Below the pieces are notes generated by a model. The model did no database searches. It saw only the letters and a list, made by a program, of their open reading frames with translations, and was not told where the DNA came from. Shown here in pieces: positions 11,501 to 22,100 of a DNA stretch of 64,000 nucleotides; position 1 is the first letter of the stretch, and each line of letters begins with the position of its first letter. The position numbers were made by a program, and so were the translations under genes. The DNA comes from Phoronis australis. Taxonomy: Eukaryota; Animalia; Phoronida. The DNA is taken from NCBI GenBank assembly GCA_002633005.1, contig NMRA01000054.1, positions 85,006-149,005 of the forward strand. Reading direction: 5' to 3'.

Positions 11501-13537
11501 TGCACAGTACTTTTTCAGTATTTTGCATTTGTTGTGGGTTCTAATATAAGCAGGAAGACTGACAAAATTAGATACGCGCATGTTTTGCACATGTTATTAA
11601 TCACGTACTTGGTGAACATTGTCCAGTACAAACGTAGGGAAAGCTGAATTTCCAGTACCTCGTTGTTTTAGCGTAAGTTTTACATACATTGATTACCGGT
11701 TCTATTTCAGGGTAATTCATCGTGCCTCAAAGGACAGCTCTGTCATGAAGGAAAGTGTATCACATCTTGCGCTGTGAGTCAATACTCTTGATTGTTTAAA
11801 ATAAACTTTGATTTGCAATGTGTAACCAATTACATGTAAGCTTCATCCACCCCAAATGTAAAGATGGTACCAAATCACACCATTGAATCAACAAAGGCAA
11901 TTTCGTCAAAGTATTTATTTTTCACATTTATCAAAAGCATTGGGGATACTAGATGACTAATGAATCCTCACTTAAACATTATTAGCATTCTACCGTGCAA
12001 TGCTTGAATACGAAATATTCAATGGCAAGAAGATGGAAGTGGTTTTGAGTTTTCTTGCTTTTTGAAACAGGTTATAAAGTGTCAGAAAGGCTATTTTTGC
12101 AAGCTTGGAAAGTGCATCAAGAAAAAATCAAACCCAGGTAAGCACACAATTACTAAATAACTCATTTAAGCCATAGTACATGGACCGCCTACTCCGTGTA
12201 TTTTCAATGGATGAAATGTGTGATCTTTCGCATAAGTCATGACGTTATTATTCACTAGCGACGCCTGGCAGACATAGTACGCTTTACTTCCGGCAAGTAC
12301 GTCGACTGCTAATCATGGTTATTTTGTCAGGATTTGGACCGGCGATTTTGCTCAACTCATATCCGTGTTTAAGTAAATTGAACGCTCGTAAAACGTTAAC
12401 TTCATGAATAAAGCTCATATTAATACCCACCAGGCCTACTCAACAATCTCGCACTTCAACAACAGTAAATACATCAAGCGCACACCAAGAGGGGGGGCTC
12501 GGAGGCTCGGGGGCTCGAACGACCCTCCCCCCATTTGGCGAAGTGGACAAAAAGGTTCGCCTCAGAGAAACAAAAAGTCCGAGAAAACGAGACAAAAGTC
12601 CACTAAAAAGGCGCAGAAGCACATTCCACAGTCCTGATGGTGGTAACCCGTTTTTTTAGTCCTCCCAGTTTTTTGTCAAGAAAAGGTCCACTTCGTTAAA
12701 AATTTGAGCCCGCCCCCATATTAAAGGCTGGGTGCGCGCATGTACGTACTCCACGGGACATTTCATGCAAGCAAAAACAGTTGGATTCTGTTTTTACGAG
12801 AAAAAAGGTACCGGTAATCGTTCGAGGCTCCTGATTGATCTCCACCGATAATATTGTCAACGCATGATCGCCATCATCATTATCTTCCTTAATGCTACAA
12901 TTATTATTATACTCATTATCCTTATAATCATTATGAATATCATTGTACTTTTACTTGTACTACTATGACTGCTAAGACCTTTCAACTTGACACTAGAGTT
13001 ACATGTATTGGTGCTCGTCTGTCATTCGCCGATGATTTTTTTAGTTGAGGAGATGATTAAGTACATGCATTGCAAAGAAAATTTGACACGTAAAAAGTAA
13101 AAGGTCAACCATAATGTATTGAAGTAACAACTGGTGGAAATCGAAGTGCACATGGAAAGTGCAAAGTTAATAGTACGAGAATAGGTAAGACAGGGCCTAC
13201 TTATTCTGAATAAGATATATACATGTATGTGCTATAATGCTGGAGTAGTGATATTTACATTGAACCACCACGACCCATGTGTGGACCTTTAAAGAAGTCT
13301 TTGTAAAAATACGGCTGTCATTGTTCGACAACAAAATCACCCCGAGTCTTGACGGTAAGCTTTTAAATCTTTTTACATTGATGTGACTTATTTCTAGATT
13401 GTCCCATAATCAAACCCGGTCAAGGTGGAATTTGTCTGTACGAATGTGACCCAGAGACACCAGAGAGCTGTGGAGTTGGGAGAGTGTGCTGCAAAGTCCC
13501 CTGTGGGGGAGGACAGTGCTTCCCCAGACACAGTTAG
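911..13537 (+). CDS. Gene A (5'-incomplete): Cys-rich micro-exon repeat protein with C-terminal WAP (four-disulfide core) domain
   Basis: Exons 911-982, 6922-6990, 11711-11773, 12071-12137 and 13398-13537 all have AG/GT boundaries and compatible phases (0-0, 0-0, 0-0, 0-1, 1-stop). Spliced product: PNFPCPLGQDCHNGVCVKPDPSCA|STLCKSGTVCKDGVCIPVVPECK|GNSSCLKGQLCHEGKCITSCA|VIKCQKGYFCKLGKCIKKKSNP|DCPIIKPGQGGICLYECDPETPESCGVGRVCCKVPCGGGQCFPRHS*. Confidence 0.85.
1196..1260 (-). mobile_element. tRNA-derived SINE-like head or pseudo-tRNA
   Basis: Minus strand has an A box (TGGTGTAGTGG) and a B box (GGTTCGACCCC) at tRNA spacing. No intact acceptor or anticodon stems. Confidence 0.5.
1809..1972. mobile_element. 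Palindromic foldback MITE
   Basis: ATAGATTATTACATG...CATGTAATAATCTAT with imperfect arm pairing along its length, centred on CTCGGGGCTAACGCCCCTCG. Confidence 0.75.
5499..5595. repeat. (GTT)n microsatellite, about 32 units
   Basis: Directly visible, with one ATT interruption. Confidence 0.97.
5715..6830 (+). mobile_element. Non-autonomous Helentron-associated element (HINE/DINE-1-like)
   Basis: 5' T-run plus subterminal IR ATGCGCCCAC, a (CCGT)n microsatellite at 5762-5800, internal degenerate tandem units (CCCCTAGTGGC motif), and a 3' GTGGGCGCAT followed by hairpin CAACGCTCTGCGTTG and CTTGTT. Confidence 0.75.
6922..6990 (+). CDS. Gene A repeat exon (69 nt, phase 0-0)
   Basis: tctcatttcag|TCCACC...TGCAAG|gtaaaa; encodes STLCKSGTVCKDGVCIPVVPECK. 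Confidence 0.85.
7132..7192 (+). pseudogene. Gene A frameshifted repeat exon (61 nt): pseudo-exon or assembly indel
   Basis: Encodes SCHTGQICRRGKCVPSCA|gtatgt with the same Cys spacing. The nearest AG (7130-7131) leaves 10 nt before the first Cys codon, one base out of frame, and a TAA lies in the repeat frame. Confidence 0.6.
8060..10570 (-). mobile_element. Decayed CR1/L2-group LINE ORF2 (APE endonuclease plus RT) in an intron of gene A
   Basis: KILFSNINSI, GDFNA, QLINEPTRIT...CIDLCITN, SDH (APE); FLDIDSAFDSVPH, GVPQSSVLGPFLFLVYINDL, LYADDTAL (RT). Many stops and frameshifts. Confidence 0.92.
11711..11773 (+). CDS. Gene A repeat exon (63 nt, phase 0-0)
   Basis: tctatttcag|GGTAAT...TGCGCT|gtgagt; encodes GNSSCLKGQLCHEGKCITSCA. 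Confidence 0.85.
12071..12137 (+). CDS. Gene A last repeat/linker exon (67 nt, phase 0-1)
   Basis: tttgaaacag|GTTATA...AACCCAG|gtaagc; encodes VIKCQKGYFCKLGKCIKKKSNP. Confidence 0.85.
12474..12742. mobile_element. MITE, family with CATGCGCGCACCCA TIR (copy 1)
   Basis: Similar along its length to 60694-60930; ends TGGGTGCGCGCATG. Confidence 0.75.
13398..13537 (+). CDS. Gene A terminal exon: WAP domain
   Basis: ttatttctag|AT TGT CCC...AGT TAG; 8 Cys in WAP order (CP...C...C...C...CC...C...C). Confidence 0.88.
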
Positions 13538-13859
13538 AGGAATAAGATTTCTCAAGAATGCCTTGAAGCAGTCAACGTCAATGAAATGAACAAGATTATC
13601 ATTCAATGTTTTCGCTTAATTACAGTTGATATACGAGGTATTGAAGGAAGCTGTGGGCGTCAGTTAACTAAATAAGAACATAAATTAATGACACTTTTCG
13701 TTGGTTGTAGTTAAGATGTGCAGCCTTGGAATCAAAACTATTATAATTTAAGCAAGCTTTGACTTTTCTTTATTTGAGGCACTCCAGCTATTTCTTTAGC
13801 CAATTCCAGAAATCCACCTTAAAAGTTAGGAGCAAAAATATTTACATTCATCGTCATCA

Positions 13860-15195
13860 TGTATAGTTCGGTAGAAGCCCTTCGTTAATACAAACTTTGT
13901 TGAAAACACGACTAAACTTTGTGTTTAAAAGCTTGATAAAAAGTCGCTAGTAGTGTCAAAACAATCTCCTTTCTTTAAGTGTTCGCACGATGACCTGTTG
14001 TCCCTTCAGACCTTGCTTGAATTCAATTCTGTATTTAAGTTTATGTATGAATTGCCTGTCTGAAAAGTTGCCTTTTCTCGATGTCCCTGTACATTATTCT
14101 GACGGTGGGTTTCGTACTTCAGTTTATCATAAACCTACAGATATTAGCGCCTGTTTACATGCTAAATGCGACTGCCCCTGAACCCTACAAACTAGCGGTT
14201 TTGACTAGTTACCTCAAGAAGGCGCACCAGTTATCATCTGATGGGCAACCATTCAACACTTGAATTTCAACGCATAATACAGGATTTAGTTAAGAAATGG
14301 TTTGCTAATTTTTTGTTGATAAACGTTAGGTCCTTCTTATCAATGATTGACTCTCACGTTGACACTGAACCTAGTACTAGCACCACTAAGGACGTGTATT
14401 ATAAGAACTGTATGTCTTATAATTATCTCAGTGATGGACATGTGCTTAGAGAAGATTGTAAAGGATAATGTTAAGGTGATCAAACATGGTGATAGAGTGA
14501 ATGTAATTATTTATTATCAGAATATAAAGTCACGTCACCTTGTCATGAAAAACAACCCCAGTCGTGAAATATTACGACGAGTGGTCAAAGATAATGTTGT
14601 TAACCGGCCAATTCACACGAATGTCTTCGTCCTTATTCTCGTGAACAGCCTTACATTGGACACAGGATGTGATCGCTCTCGAGACAGTTGTCCATGTAAT
14701 TGCAGGCCGGGTCCGTTCAAGATCATTTACTACACCAATTTGGCCGAACAAAATAACTAGGTAAGAAATAGTAGACAATACCATCTTTAGCTATCTTGAA
14801 AATGAAACTTTTCGGTTGAAGATTTCGGAATCCCTATTGATCAGTAACGAAAAACCTGTGTTCAGTGAGCAGCTCACAGGTGTGTACCGCACGCTGGCTC
14901 CGTTTCGTTAGGCTTGTGGGCTTCCTATCGTGTGATACGTCCTCACTCTCTGCTTGCATGCCCCTCACCCTGCTATCACGGGTATTTCATTTTATTTCGC
15001 TTCGCATATGTTCATTCCACTTGTTGCCTGATGATGAGACATGCTGGCTCGAAATATACTGTAGCTATTGTTAATTTGTGTGTTTGTTATGTCTCTTGGC
15101 GTTTTGCGACATAGCTGCACACCTGAAAAAGGAGATTCTTGCGACACTAAAAGCGACTCTGTATCAAGCTTTCAGACAAAAAGTTTAGTTGTCAT
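13860..15195 (+). mobile_element. 5'-truncated Penelope-like element with inverted terminal copy
   Basis: RT end KLPFLDV...FRTSVYHKPT and linker YYQNIKSRHLVMKNNP. 13915-13990 is the reverse complement of 15115-15195. A related copy lies at 56270-56700. Confidence 0.75.
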
Positions 15196-15943
15196 CGTGT
15201 CTCAAACGCATCACCTCATGCTCCTATAAAACACTCGTAAATACTGATGTAATCTGCATTAGGCCGGAGTCATAAGACTGAGAACTGTCTTGCTTAGGAA
15301 AATAGGTTCTTTCTTATCCATTATAAAATTGGGGAACCTCCGAAAACCATTGTTTCTTGTTTCTAGTTTCATGTTCTTATGTTCCAGCTATAATGACTAT
15401 GGACCTTTACCGGCAACAACAGTGACGTTACAGTAAACATTATTACATTATTAAAGAGTATATATTCTATCTGCCAGTGTCGTCAAACAGGAAACTCATA
15501 AAATATGCCAAATTAATGAAAAATATAGGGCTCCGTTGACTTGAACGATCATCACAAGAGACAACAATAATTAAGCAAAATTGCATTTACTTTTTACTCA
15601 TGTAATATACGTAAAACTTTCAATTGCACCAGAACATAATTACTAAAACCACTTCACTAAACTTCGACCCTCGTTGCTTGTCCAGGATTGATGGCAGTCA
15701 AACTCGTCCAGCTCGTGCGACTGCAAACAAGCTTTAAAAGCTGCATACATCTCAATGATATGATTCTTGGGCCCTGTCACACTAATGTAGTTCTCAGAAC
15801 GTTGTTGAAAAAGACGGGTAAAATCACTAAGCGTTGCATAATCTCGGCCGCTATGAAAAGGAATTTCGCGTGTGAAAACCTTATCATGGATTTCAGTGTC
15901 GCGTGGCAAGATTCGCCCAGTCTGGAAGTTATCTCATCACTTC

Positions 15944-16121
15944 TCATTGACGATGAATGATGGACGAAGAGCTTTTGTTGTGGTACTTCTCTGGTTGGAC
16001 GTCTATCTTAAAAGCAACTACTTTCGCACCCGGTGGAAATTCATTGTGCCACCTGTTTTCACTAGAAGTTGGTGACATTGCAGTTGTGGGGCTCGTCGGA
16101 GTTGGAGTAACAGAGACAACC
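15944..16121 (-). CDS. Gene B terminal exon: S/T/P-rich tail
   Basis: ttaattttcag|G GTT GTC...CAA TGA; VVSVTPTPTSPTTAMSPTSS...IIHRQ*. Confidence 0.6.
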
Positions 16122-19100
16122 CTGAAAATTAAAGAAGTTAGCATGCTAAGATACTGGTATTTAACAAAGGTTTAGTGTAGATATATGACTTGTGAAATTA
16201 AGAGGAAGCACGTCAACACACAGTCGATACCAAATGTTCATTCGGAGACTGTACCTGGTCGACATAGTAGAATGAATGATCATGGCACTGACCCCGTTAT
16301 AATATGAATTATATGAAGTCGACATGATGCTAGAGTCGCAGTCGCACGTTCAGAGACGTTATTCACCAAATTACAGCTGTCACCTCCGTTGCTCTCCATT
16401 TTTGCGTACAGAAGTACTAGCAGACAATAGGGGCCTTGCACATCTAGTTCGTCGCTATTAGCATGGGTCGTTCAGGTCTCTAGTTTCCCATGTATTCACT
16501 ACGGACTGTAGTACTTGAATCCGCCCGAAATTCAAATGGTATCGGCGGAATCAGAAAATACAGGTTTCATTGAAGTCGGTTAATTGGTTATCTAGAAATC
16601 ACCCGGCAACGCTCTTCCCGAGATAATACTGAAAAAGCCACGCACCCCGGGTAAAAATGCATGCGTGTGTGTGTGTGTGCGTGCATGCGTGCGTGCGTGC
16701 GTGCGTGCGTGTGTGTGCGTGTGCGTGGGGCCATAAAAATTACGCTTTGTCGCTAAACTCGCTAAAATGTGAACACTTCATAATCCCTACATACAGGTTA
16801 CTCCATTCGCCCTCTGCAGTAGAGTTATCTCCCTTTTCGTTACTACTGAACATCGTTGGGATTGGGTAGAGTTCAAAAGCTGTCTCGCGACTAGAAAAAT
16901 TTAACCAAAGTTACGTGTTCTCATTTAAAGTACACGACAATATCTCACGTAATCTCGCTTTCTCGTAGGTCCTAAAGTTACTGAACTCTACCTTGATGCT
17001 CTTAGGACCTGAGTCAATGGGGAAAATTGGGTAATCACCGAATGGCAGCTTTTAAGAATGGGACAGCCTCCTTTGAATAGCGCATAGATAAGCTTTTAGC
17101 CATGTGTTATGACCTTTGTTTTACAAGACTTTCCCATGATATTTAAGTCACTGCGCATGGTTCGTTCCAGGATATCAAAATCCGCAAGTCGTCTCCAGTC
17201 CAAGTTATGTCGTACAAAATTTTCTAAGAAAGAACACATACATTTGTTTCCTCTTCTGTGAGGAATCCCTCTGTAAGTTGAATGCAACTCGCTGGTAGAC
17301 GATTGTCCATTCAAAGTTAAAAATAAAAAAACGTCTTCAAAGATTCAAGGGCTTGACTTCTTTGGTCACGATTATAACGACTGACTCGCAAAACGCCTCC
17401 TTTGTTATTGAGGCTAAATTATAAATACAGATATCAATAAAAGTATTAAAATCTACCTGGATTTGTAACGGAAACAGCAAGCTTTCGCCACTTTCATACA
17501 AGTTTTCTTTAAACGACGTCCAGAGGAGAGCAGTTTCTTAACAAGAGCCGACGAAGATCTTGCACAATTTCGCCAACGAAACCGTCGAGGCATCTTTTGG
17601 CCTGAACTTTTGCCGAGGAGGCAGCAACGCTTTTTTAGTTTCTTCATGCGATGTCGACCAGTTACGCCACCTTGAAGAATTGCAATTACATTTGAAGGTA
17701 GGATTTCACACCAAACTCTTTAAAACATTGTCAGGTCTAGGATTCGCCAAAGGAAAATAAACCTTCGCAACTGTTACAGCCGTCAAAACGGCATTGTGTC
17801 GTATAGTGCACTTAGCTATGAATCGATTTTCTGATTCCACGTTAAAAATAACCAGCGGCCTGTTTAATGAAAGTGACTTCAGACAGAAATTTCATCTTAC
17901 ACTACCAATTCATAGTTACTGGATAACTGATAACCATTGTTATGATTACCAGATAACAACTTAATGATTTATACACACTATCTCAGTATTAACTAAAAGT
18001 AATGGGTATGTTCTCAAAAATAGTTGTGTGGGTCGTAAGACCAAATTTCTGTCTTAAAGATCCATAGTCTCATTAAATTGTAAATATGCAAATAAAGTAC
18101 TCAATTGCAAACAACCCTGGGTCCTCCAGTGTGTCGGAAACCATCCGATAACCAGTTATAACTTATTTATTTATTTATTTATTTATTTAATTTTGTGATA
18201 TTTAAAATGAGGGTGGCCTCTTCAGTGATAGCACTGCTTTCCAAGAGGGCCCTCAACAAGAAAAACAATAATATAATACAATGAAATAATAAAACAACAA
18301 TGAAATATACGTAACAAAGATACATTTAAAACATGTTGAGAATTAAGACAATAACTAAATGACAAATAATGGTAAAAATTTAACTAAGACAGATGAAATA
18401 AATTAAGAGATGATTCTAGACAGTGAGAGTATTTACGACGATGAAAAAATGACAGGATTAAGGGTATAAAAGGTCAAGTAAATTACAGCCACTTTTTAAT
18501 ATTTACTTTAAAGGTAATAATTGAATTGAACCGTTAAATTTCTGGGCTAAAAGAATTCCATATTATAGCAGCTGCATAGATAAAAGATCTCTTGCCCATC
18601 TCGGTTTTAATTTTTTTAGAACAAACATTGCCAGCAACAGAAGAACGTGTAGAATATACAGCCTGGCTACTATTGAATTTACTGAGATATGCTGGAGCCA
18701 AGCCATTGATACATCTGTACATACAACAGACAGAGAAATATTTATTTCTTTGTCTTATTTTCATAAATCCCAGCTTGGAATACAAGTCGTCAACCCTAGT
18801 ATCCCTAATTTTAGTACGAAGGATAGCCCTGGCGGCTCTATTTTGGATTACTTGGACTTTGCTGACAAGTGTGTCACTAGTGTGCCTCCAAACCGGTAAA
18901 CAATAATCAACATGAGGCTGAATAATATAATAATCTCGCGAAAGTCTCGTTTTACAAGACTTTTTATATGAATGACTATGGTAATATTTCAACATAGCGG
19001 ACGAACACCCGACGCCGGCCAAGAAACATGGAATTTCATTTTGCCGTCACCTTGTACACTATAACGAGTCAATATACCACATGACCCACAACAAATTGCA

Positions 19101-22100
19101 ACAAAGTTTTAGAGTGGTTTAATGCCCTATTGAGTATAAGTCTACCAAAAATCTAACCACCGGAAATGGGTTAAAACTGCATCATTTCCAAGATGGTCGC
19201 CACGACGTTTCAAAACCATTAAAAACAGCTATAACTTCTTCAATAATTGTGATAGAGAAATAATTTTTGGTTCTAGTCTGTGGTTTTAATGGATGAGAAA
19301 CTCAATGGAGTGTTTAAAATTCAGATATGATCAGTATTTGATATGAAATTCAAGATGGCGGCTAAAATTACAAGAACGAATAATCAATCACTATTTCTCC
19401 ATTACGTTGGGTGGCCAAAAAAAAGTTTTTTCAAAAAATCGTTCACTGGAATTGCACGAAAGTTTGCACGTGTGCATATTAATATATTTTCAGTATAGAT
19501 AAAAATCTAACAATACTCTGTGTTTTCACTCCAGGACAAGAAATATACTTTTTTACTCAAAAAAGTCAATCAAAACTACCCTACATAATTATACAAAGTG
19601 TCATCATCAAGAATGACGGCACTTGGCAATCTATTTACTCAAGAGTGTGTTTTCAAGGTTTGTATCAGAAAAATGTTGTGTCGGTTGGGTGCAACATTTT
19701 GCGAAGTAAAGAATAGAAGGTGTTCTCAAGTGCTGAGAAAGAGTTAATTGAGGTTAATTGCAACATGTTTACACAAAGTCCTAACTGCAAACTAATGAAC
19801 TACAGCGTTTGCAATGCGCTGACAGAGACTATGAGCCAAGGCTTCATAGGTTGTACTATAATTAATAACTTAAACTTGCGAAACTTTTTCTTTACTTATA
19901 AAGTAACTGTCAGTATCAACATGACTGAACACCAAGTGCCAGCCAATGAAATATTTATTCGTCGACACGACGCATGGTCCTTTAGGTTACATTTTCTTCC
20001 AGGATATTATGTTCATTACACGTACTGCCTCAGTTCAATCTTCATCACTATCTTCAAGTTGCTCAGAGACTTGGTTTAGCGGATTGTTACAATATGTCGC
20101 TTGGCACAACCCACATGTAGGTTTACATGCAAGCCCATTCTTTCTGCAACTGCAACGGAGAGTACTACAAGCTACAGTGCAGTTGCAGTGTATCATCTTC
20201 AGGAGAGTTTCTGATGCAGCATTCATGGCAGTCATGATGGGTACGAATCGATTATCTTCAAGTTTGTAACCCAGTCTAGAGGATCCATGTCGTTTGCCAT
20301 CCCCATACAAACCTCGATTGGCATTGATGAAGTAATATCACACTCGACATTATTCCACATATCGCCTTCGACCATCGGTCTCGGTCAACACGCGGAATAA
20401 TGTATCGTGGCATATTACTTCATGTACGCCACTCTCAGTACGTTTTGCGCATTTTTTAGGATTTTTATATGTTCACACTTGTTATTAATTGGATCAGTTG
20501 CAGGCGCGGATCCAGGATTTTGAGTTTGGGGGGGCAGGGCAGAGTATTAGCCAGGATTTTGCCCGTCAGACATTCGCACCCCCACACTGCCGATTGAATC
20601 TTGGAGAATTTCAGGGGCCATGGCCCCTTGTTCCCCCCCCCCCTAAATTTGCCACTGAATTGTGATGTCTTTTTTAAACCGCAATTAATTTACAAATTGT
20701 TTCTTTTCCAAATTACACTTTTCCAGGAAGTCACTAAGCGGCGCTACACATTAAAGTATTCACGGTTTTAATGAGACATAGCATCTTTAAGTCTTAAGTC
20801 ACATTTCATGAAACAGAACCCTGATTTGTAAAATTTGAAGTAACATCCAGAGATAAGACTTGACTTCAAAAATATCGAGACGTAAACACTAACCAAGACG
20901 CTGGCTGCCGGATCCACGGACCATACCGTATTTGTCCTCATCTAAGTAATCTTCCACATCTGTAGGAGTTTCTTCGGTAGAAGATATCACCTCATGCTAG
21001 AATAAATACATACAAAAGCGTAACACGGATATTATTTTGGACGCAACCAATGATAGCAGTGTCAGGAGTAGACTGACATTGGTCTTATTTTGCTGTTCTC
21101 TTTGTTTACTACAACATAGCACTTGGTCGACATTACCCAAAAGGTCAGTCCAGGGATATTTATTTATTTATTTGTTTAGTTATTGTAATATTCAAAATGA
21201 GGGTGGCCCCTTCAGTGATAGCACTGCTTTCCAAGAGGGCCCTCAACAACAAAATATACAACAGTAAGATAAATAATAAAGAAGTAAAACAATAATTAAA
21301 TACATATAACAAAGATACAATTAAAACAACTTGACGATTGAGGTAATAAATAAATGACAGAGGATGATCAAAATTTGATTAATAGAGATGATACAAATTA
21401 AGAGATGATAACAAATAGCGAGAGCATTTAGAATGATGAAAATGACATAATTAATGCAGCTGGCAGAGAGATATTTATTTCTTTGTTTTACTTTCATAAA
21501 TCCAAGCTTGGAGTACAAGTCGTCGACCCGGGTGTCCCTAGTTCTAGTACCCAGGATAGCCCTGGCAGCTCTATGTTGGATTACTTGGACTTTGCTGATA
21601 AGTGTGTGGCTGGTATGACCCCAAACCGGTCAACAATAACCAATATGAGGGTGAATAATTGAATGGTAAAGAGTCTTAAGAGTGCTGGCATTAAGAAATT
21701 TACCTAGACGTTTAAGTACACCGCTTTTCTTTGATAATTTCTTTGTGTTACAATCTACGTGTATATTAAATTTACAGATTGGATCTAAAATAAGGCCCAA
21801 AGTACTTAAACTTGTCAACACTCTCGATAGCGGAACGATTGATAGAAAAGTTGTTTACAAAAGAATAGCAGAAAACATTCTAGATGATTCTAGTATGTTA
21901 GTGATTAATTTAGTGTGGAACATTCTAGAGCCTATATTTTAGAATGATTGGGTAAGTTCTAAAATGTGCTTGAGTTCGTGAAAAGTTCCAGAATATTGTA
22001 AAAGACTATTAGTACCCAGACAGTTAGTTGAAGTTGAGTTTAAGTTGGAGTTGAAAGTCAAGTAAAGACAGTTGAGCTTGAGCCGAGTTAAAGTTGGAAA

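Noticed and set aside
13270-13354. Extra exon before the WAP exon (GACG|gtaagc donor, 43-nt intron)
   Set aside because: No clear acceptor and no repeat motif; exon 12071-12137 already supplies the phase-1 junction.
17096-17314. ORF inside gene B intron 10 as an alternative exon
   Set aside because: A phase-compatible acceptor exists, but there is no motif or other support. Unresolved without RNA data.
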